A DNA stretch of 57,279 bases, from NCBI GenBank assembly GCA_044892505.1, contig CM097883.1:408152722-408210000 (forward strand), in the 5' to 3' direction. Both the position numbers and the translations under genes were made by a program. This document shows, piece by piece, positions 48,893-57,279 of the stretch. This DNA is from Schmidtea nova. Its lineage: Eukaryota. Numbering within the stretch: position 1 is the stretch's first letter; each line of letters starts with the position of its first letter. The notes below the pieces were generated by a model, which was given only the letters and a program-made list of their open reading frames with translations, was not told the origin of the DNA and did no database searches.

Positions 48893-49764
48893 CTCAGTTA
48901 ACATTCAGTGTAAATATTGTGAAATTTTATTGTAGCTGAATTTCATGTATTTTATTTAAATGAGTTATTTATTCCTCGAATGAGTGTGGATTAATGTCAT
49001 GTTTGTGCAATCGCTATTGAAATGGTAAATTTAATTGTTGTTTGGCTGTGGAATGCGTGACGAAAATACTTAACGAAAACGGATAGTGATCGGTAGGGAA
49101 AGACCAATCGAGATAGATTAATGAATTCTAGCTGATGAAACCTTTATTTCGCTAATTACACATAAAAGTCGATAGCTGAATCATAGAAGAAGGGACAAAA
49201 TGGGCATTAAACATTCTATCGGTAGCCCTTGTACCCTGGAGATATTCGGTCAATCATAGTTTTGAATTTTCGACGCTCACTGATTGCGAATACCCACCCA
49301 TTTATTGCACTACCAACGTTACATTGTGACGAGCAACAAGATGGTTAATCTAACGTTTTATGTGTTGAGTTATTGATGTGAGCCATAGCAGCGTCAAAGT
49401 AATCTTGACAATCAACAACCCACCACTCATATGGTGGTAGTGGTTTTGTAAGTTCCTAGCCTCCAACTTCAAAACTTCAAACGCCTTATTCTAGTCGATT
49501 AACCGGCCTGGTCGAGTTTTTAGTGAAACAATGAATAGGCAGAATTTTATTGTTTACAATGTTGTGTATCTTGATGTACACACTTGTTTTCTCATTAAAT
49601 TTGTATATTTCACCTAATTAAGATAACTTTTTTGAGTTTTCATTGTAATATTATATAGATAAATGTTGGGAGAGCCAAACAAAAGATAAAGTTGAAAATA
49701 AATAATAAATATTTTTAGTAAATCAATTAATTCAACAGCAAGTAATCTAGAATACCTTGAGAAA

Positions 49765-51430
49765 TGTTGGGCTAAAACTGCAAATTGTTTAAATGAAACA
49801 ATAATAGAGCCAGTAGAAAGCGCGCAAGGTTTTAATTTGAAATTCCTTGAACCAAAACATCAATTAAAACCGAAGTAGTTAAATGAAAACACACCTGGAA
49901 AACTATAATGTACTTGGCGCATTGAAAATTTACGCGGAAAACCCATTTAATAACCCAAAACTCAGTGGTGGGAAAATTAACATATTTTCAGAAGAAAGAT
50001 TGCGATTTTATCTTGAAAATTCGTAAAAACATAAAAGAAAACAATTTTGATCGAAAATGAAACAAAAATTTAAAAAAAATTTTAATTCAAAAGTAAAATT
50101 TTGGATTTAAAATAAATTATTTAAAGTTTTATGAAAATTTTATGTAAAAATATTAATTTGATTTTGCGGAAAATTGTGGAAATTAATTTAGAGAAAATTA
50201 GAAACTCCTAGAACAATTTGTTTTAATACATCAATGAATATAACACACAAAAGGTGGTGTATATACCGCCATCAAAATGGCAAGAACCAGAATTTGCAAA
50301 GAATTTGTGGGAAAATATTTTGAAGTTTTTGTTTGCGCTGAATTTGTGAAAAAAAATTTTTGAACTTTTTTTGGCGCAAAATTTGCGAATTTAATTTGCG
50401 GAGAATTGACAACTTCAGAATTTTCAGAAGATTTTGTAGCAGAAAACCACAAGTCATCTCGAGCTGATTCAGATAAAGCCCATTTCGCTGAAGCCAATGG
50501 AAGAATCTTTTCTTGTTTGGTGCGGAATCATAGAAAAATCATGCCCATTCGATCACCCCGTATCCAGTAATCTGGTTATTTTATATATGGATATTAGTTT
50601 TTTATTGTTTACCATTCATATTGTTGGGCAAAAACTGCAAAAAAGAAGAACGTTTGAAAGTTAGAATAGGCAGAAAACCCATTGAAAATGCCCATAAAGA
50701 ACAGAATTGTGTCATAAAACTTCAGTGCAGAAAAATTAACAAAATTTTAGCAGAAAATTGTGATTTTATCATAAAATTTCACATAAAAGATAAAAAGAAC
50801 TAATCTTGATCGAAATATAGCAAATTAAATCAAATTGAATAAATTTTGATTCAAAAATAAAAATTTTGGATTAAAAATAAATTATTTATGGTTTAAAAAA
50901 TTATTAAGTAAAAATATTGATTTACTTCTGCGGGAAATTATTAGAATTAATTTTGGGAAATTAAAAAAAACATTCTGGAACAATTTGTTTTACTGCATTA
51001 GTGAAGGTAGCACACAATTGATGGTATATATACCGCCATCAAAATTGGCAAGAAGCAGAATTTGTGTGAGAATTTTTCTAAGAATTATAATTTTTAATTT
51101 GGTATCAGAATTTGTGAATTGTGTCAGAGAATTTGAATATTTCTAAGAATTTGTAAGCACGATTTTCGAAAATTTATCTTATTTCAATTTTGGCCGAAGA
51201 AAATCTTTACCGTTTGTGATCAGACTCCGAAGATTTAGAAGATTCTCCAGAATTTGTGAACCTTGCCGAAGAAAAATGTAATGTTTGTTTATTTATTTTG
51301 AGGGGTTTGGGATCATCGAACATCATGCCCGACGATCATCCCATGCCTCGCGTTTTGTCCATTCTTTATTCATTTGTTTTATTTTAATATACATTATATT
51401 ATCTGTTTATCAATCATATTTTAATAGATT
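49765..51430 (+). repeat. Two tandem copies (starting 49765 and 50622) of the 850-bp unit
   Basis: Same anchors as 45090-45960. Confidence 0.75.
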
Positions 51431-51589
51431 TCGTTTTAAATTTTTTTTATTTATTATTATTGTCATAAATTCTCAAATAAATAAAATCTCATTCTAAGAT
51501 ATCTTTATCTATGTAAAAATAAAAATTTTTTTTCCATACAAACTGACAATTCGTCCAGCCTCGCGTTGTGCGGATTTGTTAGTAGCCTG

Positions 51590-51710
51590 GGTGAATCGTT
51601 GTCCGATTGGTAATCGGCCAGCCCATTTGTCCTAGTTAAGGTGAGGCTCATACATCCATAATCACGTCATCCTAACTGGGGAATCGTGGATTTTTTATAT
51701 AAAGAGCAAG
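51590..51710 (+). promoter_or_regulatory. Possible promoter (ATTGG within the palindrome CCGATT-ggt-AATCGG, TATATAAAG)
   Basis: Motifs only; no downstream ORF found. Confidence 0.3.
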
Positions 51711-52639
51711 GATTTTTTATATTAATGATTTTTATTATAATGTAGTAGAGTATTTAGACTACATTACATAAGTAATTCGTCACATATAACATAAATTTGT
51801 CCAGCTCATGTCTTGAGATCTAAAATAGGCACTATCTTACTAAATAAAATCGACTCGCACTCACCTTCGCCTTTACAAAAATTTTTCTTCTCATCTTATT
51901 GGAATACAGTATATTTGAAATTAGAAATCATGAAAAAATGCTAAATCGAAAACCATTTATTAAATAATGAACTAGGTAAAGGAGCGACGAATTATTTTAT
52001 ATGAATTTTAGGTAAAGAACTCGAACTCGTGGAAAATTTTGACGAAGAATATTATTAAAAAATTTAATCTTTTATATGAATTTTTATCTTATTTAATTTA
52101 TGAAAAATTTAATTTTTACATTTTGCATATTTAGTTTTATGTACTTGATCTTGGCATGAAAATTAATTATTTGATTTTGTATAAAATTTATAACTGATAA
52201 AGTAAAAAATGGGATTATAAAATCAAGTCAATAACTGAAAAAGATCTATAAAAAGAATTGATAAAATTTAAACTTCAAAACTTCAATATCATTAAAATTT
52301 TGACAGAATTATAAATTTGAAATATTATAAAATTATTATTATAATTTTAATATTGAATATTATTTCATCTATTAATTCTATAGAATACAAATTAAGGAAA
52401 GAATTCTATTTCTACTTCTAATATAAAAAATTTAAACTTGGAATTTTATTATAAAATTTTTATTGAACTTGAAATTTCAAAAATTATTATCATTATTTTA
52501 ATTTAAAAATTATAAAAATTTATTATTATTATTTTAATTTAGAAATTATTTTTATAAATTATGTCTAGATTAATTATACCATACCCCCTAATATCACATA
52601 CAACCATAATTGCAGAATAATGCACCCACATCATTCAAT

Positions 52640-54400
52640 AACCTCACCCATAATAATAACACAAGCAACATCTATTTAAAACACAATACACACACCACAC
52701 TGTATCACTCATTAACATTCATTAGCAACATACACCCAAACAATTCATACAAAAAATCTACACAGTTAGGTTAGTTAGCATCATGCATCCATAACTCATA
52801 CAGGCACTCACTTAATCACATCCATATCTACATCGTTTAATTCATCAAACAATCCATTCAACATACCATCACACGAAATTATAACAATAGTGTCCGTCTC
52901 AAACTTACAAATAACGTACCAATACACACAAACTGGCGATCACTCTACTGAAAATTTATAATATATCCATCAAAGCAAACATACATGTCACCACAAAATT
53001 ATTACATTTTACCTCATTAATCCATCACAAGACGTAAGAATCCTTTTTGTAAGCGATTTCCCATCCAAGTATAAATTCGCATGAAACCCACATAGAAAAA
53101 TGACCCAAAATTCTCACCCACCCTGATAACTTACCCCACATGTAAAAGGGAATTATTTGTACGAAAAATGAGACTCGATTCAATGGAGTTATAATCTATC
53201 CGGTGAGTAATGAAGGAGCGGATAATTTATTAAACTATCTACCTATCCGGGTGATGAAATTGTGATCCTACGAAAACGTTCTGTAAAAAGGGTTTGACAC
53301 GCAAACCGCCTTATCGTATTGATTTAGAGGGCAGTTTTAACCATCTGAATTACTCCCAAGATTCACAAAAAATTCATTAATTCTTCTAAAAGTTAATTCA
53401 CATAGTTTGGTGCCAAACCAAATAAAAATGTAGGAGATATATAACGAGTTAAAAGACAAAAACACCGAATTAATTTTATTTACTAACGTAATAATAAAAT
53501 GCGAGCTAACAAGTTTCAGGAAAAATAAAAATTTAATTCTTAATAGTTTACTTTGAAATTTACTTTGACATTGTCGATCCTGCAGAGAATCAGAATGAAG
53601 ATTTAAGTGAGGTAACATGAAATATCCACATAGCAGTAAATTTCCAAGAATTGATATTTTGACAATAACAATAAATGTCCACCGAAAATTTTCACAAAAA
53701 AATTGATAGTTGAATAATTCCTTCGTCTGAGATAGTGGTAGAATCGTCGAGAATACCTGAAATAGATTTACTAAAGATTGGAATCATGACAATTTTAAAA
53801 TTACCAATTTAAGGAAGGGAATTCCAATTTAATTTTGTCCAAAAATAGAAATGCAAAATCGATAATCTGATTATAGGAAATTAAATCAGTATATTAGGAA
53901 CGGACCAATTAAAAACTGTGAATCTTGAAACCCGTTTATATAGATTTCCTTTGCAGAGCTTGTAGTCGATGAAATAGGGTCGGGAAACGTTGAGGTTCGA
54001 TTTCATAATTGGCAATTTGTCCTAAAATCTAAAAACAACATTAAATTCTTAATCGTAATAAAATTTTTAGAGCTAAAATTAACATAATATTGGAAAAATC
54101 TACACAGTTACCTGTTGTCAAGGCCGCGGAAAAATTTTCAAAAAAATTAAAATATAAAAATTTTAGTAAAATTATAAATATTATTTTCTAAGCAAGAGAG
54201 ACAATAGGGTTAGGATATTATTATAGTCAGATTGAGTTTTTATTTTATAAAAACAATAATTTCGAAAAAGAAACGAAATATTAATTTTTTGGGTAAATTT
54301 AATGACTATTGAATATCCCCGAAAAATATGTTTTGGTTGAGATTCCGATTCCCGAATTGAGATTTTATAGGCATATCCATGGAAAGACTCGCGATCGAAT
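52640..54400 (+). repeat. Internal segment paralogous to 46370-48100
   Basis: Colinear anchors as listed for 46370-48100. Confidence 0.7.
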
Positions 54401-54629
54401 ATGTGAGAACTCCTTAACTTATTGTAATAATGAATGAAATAATTGATTTTTGGGTATAATGAAAATTTTTGTAATTGTTGTACATTAACCATTCTTGATA
54501 TGTCTTAAAAACATTTGAACATTTTTAGCAATGAATCCAGTGCAACAGTTAGAGGAAATTCACAAGCTATTGATCGAGAATGCAAAACACAATAAGAAGC
54601 CAAAGGGTGTAATGTAAAATTAATAATGA

Positions 54630-54780
54630 TAGAATTAATGATGATGATAATAATAACAACAATAATAATCATTATTATCCCAATAACCACAACAATAATT
54701 AACAATTATTACAATAATTACAATAATAATAATTATAAATAATAATAATAATAATATTGTCACTAGCCATTTTTTATAGT
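54630..54780. repeat. Degenerate (AAT)n/(AAC)n microsatellite
   Basis: Directly visible. Confidence 0.9.
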
Positions 54781-55469
54781 GACACCAATATAATTATAAT
54801 AATGATGCTAATGCAAAAGCAGTGATAATAATTGAAATACATCCGATCAAATTATATCGATAATAATAATGGAAATGGTAACCCCTCTAATCATAGTTCT
54901 GATAATGCATAGGTTGATGATTGTCTTTAATCATTCTTTTATTCTATAATAATACATGTGTTTAATTATTTGATTTATTTATTTGATTTATTTCATTATC
55001 TGATTTATTTCATTATTTTATTCATTTCATTATCTGATTTATTTTATTATTTTATTTTTATTATTTATTTATTTATTTTACTTTTTTACTGTAAGCTTAC
55101 GTGATTCCATCATCCCTACGACGATATAATTGTTGGGCCCGCCAAATCACTTAAAATCACAATAAAAGAACGAAAGTATAAGATAATAAGGAAATAATAA
55201 ACATAAAAATAACAATAAAAAAAAATTAAAAATAAGAATAAAATGACAAATAATATTTGATAAGTTTCCAGCAAAAGGAAATTTTGAAAATAAACCGGTA
55301 AACAACAGCAAAAGGGGGCCTGAAATAAGAAAAGTTAGAATTAAATAAACTAATAGTACAAATAACTAATTAATTACTCGAAAAATCAGGACCACCCAGC
55401 GAGAAACCGGAAAAGGAAACAAAATAATGTTTAGGTTTAAATAAAATAATAAAAATACTTTGATGGACG

Positions 55470-55520
55470 GTCTGATCCTGATTGGTCAATCCAACCAGAC
55501 GGATCAGTATAAATACCGAT
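55470..55520 (+). promoter_or_regulatory. Pol II-type promoter module (ATTGG 55481, TATAAAT 55508), similar in layout to 32400-32470
   Basis: Follows an A-rich tract and precedes a leader with a GTAAC donor at 55668 and an acceptor at 55800-55801. Confidence 0.55.
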
Positions 55521-56523
55521 CCGAAAATCACAACTTAACTGAAATAAAATTTTAGAACACCACAATTTTAACTTATTTATCGAGCAACTAGTTTTATTCA
55601 CTAATTTCGAGAAGCGTTCTTAATTTCACATCCGAAGAAACATTCAACAAAAAACAGAGTACGGAACGTAACATTTTATTTGTTATTTGTTATTTAATTA
55701 TGTATTAATCCTGTAATGTACCCCTGATTTCCATGTATTATAATTTTATAGAAATTTTGTTTTGATATTGTTAATTTAATGCATATAGTTATGCTTTCTA
55801 GGCTGCTCACGCGGCAAGGGAGCCCGAGTCGTCGTTGTGGGACCTCACGGTCTCACATGGCGGTTCTACCTTTTTCCAAAGTAATGAAATCAATTTGAAA
55901 ATCTCATGTTAATCGACAGGTTTACATTAAAAATAATTTTTTTTTGGTTTTATAAATTCGGTTGCACAATGGACATGGCGCGAGAGCTCGCGGAAAAGGA
56001 TTTGAGGGCTCCCAGAAAGTGTGAGGTTTACGACGGAGGGCAGGAAACCGACGTCCGGTTCACCCATTAGAATGCGTATATTTTAAACCCAGGAGAGTAA
56101 TTGGGGAGCGAAAAATTGTGTAAGAATTTTCAGTAAATAATCGATCTTGGTGAAAATTTCGTACAGTTCAAAGTACAAAAATATGACTATCGATACAATT
56201 AACTTGAAATTCCAAATCATGATGACGATTCGAATTCAGATCGTAGTCGACGGAATTCCAATTAGTAATATAAATAGATTTAGGCCGATCGCTGTATATA
56301 GCGCGGTAACCTCGAATATTACTATCCTGATTGTTGTACATGGCACAGGGCAATGTAAAAGATGTTAATCCGACCGTGGTATATCGCGGCGAAGGCAAAG
56401 TAGTTCCCTCAAAATTTTTAAACCATTTTTCTTTACTGAATGCTATATTTATTACCAGTTAATCCCCCGATAGTAGTTTTTGGTAAAATCATATTTGCTA
56501 AAATGTTTAATAAACTAATACAG

Positions 56524-57003
56524 ATGTCGACAGCTGATGTTATGGAAAGATTGACCCAAATTCGAAATTTGGGACAAGGAAGTGTAGGGAGTGGAATGGT
56601 CTCTCAACTCAAGGAGCTACCTGCACCGATATTACGGACCGTAAATGCTCAAATGTACAAGTGGAGGCACGGGTTTGGTCGAAAATGCCCGTTTTCCATA
56701 TGGGCTGGAGGAAACAATCAGATACTCTACTGGGGAGGACCGAATTGGCCAATTTCACAGAAGCCTTATTCGAAGAAATTTGGGCGTATAATCATTGTGA
56801 TAAATGACTCAGAGGGACAACCGAGTCGAATAATTTATTGGGGACATATCCCTCGCCGGGAGCTGTGCAAATTGGGACTACAAGCGTTTCTGCCGCGGAA
56901 ACCGTTTGGCAAAGAATGTCAGGATGGGCAACCCCCATTTTCTTGGGCTCGACTGCGACGGATGCAAATCAACAGCGAACTACACAGCCTATTTCGGCGA
57001 TAA
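56524..57003 (+). CDS. Unknown 159-aa Gly/Trp/Arg-rich protein
   Basis: Intact GC-rich ORF starting immediately after ...aatacAG, with a decayed paralogue at 32680-33050. Confidence 0.55.
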   Translation: MSTADVMERLTQIRNLGQGSVGSGMVSQLKELPAPILRTVNAQMYKWRHGFGRKCPFSIWAGGNNQILYWGGPNWPISQKPYSKKFGRIIIVINDSEGQPSRIIYWGHIPRRELCKLGLQAFLPRKPFGKECQDGQPPFSWARLRRMQINSELHSLFRR

Positions 57004-57186
57004 AATTTTCTGACAATGATAATTACAAATAAAAATCTTATTGTTTATAAATGGTCTTCGTTCTTGATTTTTTTTTTCTCATTGAGACTATCATGTTCTT
57101 GATCTGATAATCATTTACTCATATTGTAAATTTAAGCATATTTTAACCATAAAGCGACAAGGCAGTTATTTTAAATCAATTATAGA

Positions 57187-57279
57187 ATGGATACCGATCT
57201 GGCACAAAGAGAGTTGGAAAAGATGTGGCGAATCCGGAGGGCCCAGGACAAGGAATTGGGTCTCCTCAAAGAACGACTA
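57187..57279 (+). CDS. Start of an unknown GC-rich ORF running off the window (MDTDLAQRELEKMWRIRRAQDKELGLLKERL)
   Basis: Open to the end of the window, ATG 1 nt after ttatAG, coiled-coil-like. Confidence 0.4.
   Translation, partial: MDTDLAQRELEKMWRIRRAQDKELGLLKERL

Noticed and set aside
49132-49138. Canonical hammerhead box CTGATGA
   Set aside because: No stem II and GAAA follow it.
50277-50290. ATG GCA AGA ACC (MART), like the start of histone H3
   Set aside because: The rest is not H3 and it stops after 28 codons.
45090-51430. Recurrent motifs considered as a CRISPR-like array
   Set aside because: Spacing is hundreds to thousands of bp, the copies are diverged, the context is eukaryotic and there are no cas genes.

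Overview
AT-rich eukaryotic (probably invertebrate animal) scaffold segment with four N gaps and very short GT-AG introns (31-53 nt inferred). It is not prokaryotic, and I found no CRISPR array, rRNA gene or tRNA gene. The species cannot be determined from the sequence. Host genes are two TRAF-family loci (a probably intact 6-exon gene on the minus strand at 471-4291, and a damaged plus-strand copy at 14204-15698) and an intronless MITD1 homologue (35066-35803). Most of the rest is transposon material: Penelope-like fragments with hammerhead-like motifs, hAT and Tc1/mariner MITEs, mariner, hAT and Ginger transposase relics, and decayed Gypsy and BEL fragments. The highlights are: (1) an intact, extremely compact 3567-bp Ty3/Gypsy LTR retrotransposon (identical 109-bp LTRs, 5-bp TSD) whose primer-binding site matches the 5' end rather than the 3' end of tRNA-Lys(UUU), with a textbook -1 frameshift pseudoknot; (2) the locus it landed in, a decayed Polinton/Maverick-like cassette in which a packaging ATPase sits head-to-head with a divergent TBP-like gene; (3) U3:A8-variant hammerhead motifs in the Penelope-like repeats; (4) unclassified cassettes with TATA/CCAAT promoters and small ORFs that each begin right after a splice-acceptor-like AG. 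All family assignments come from recalled motifs, not database searches, and exon models are manual predictions.
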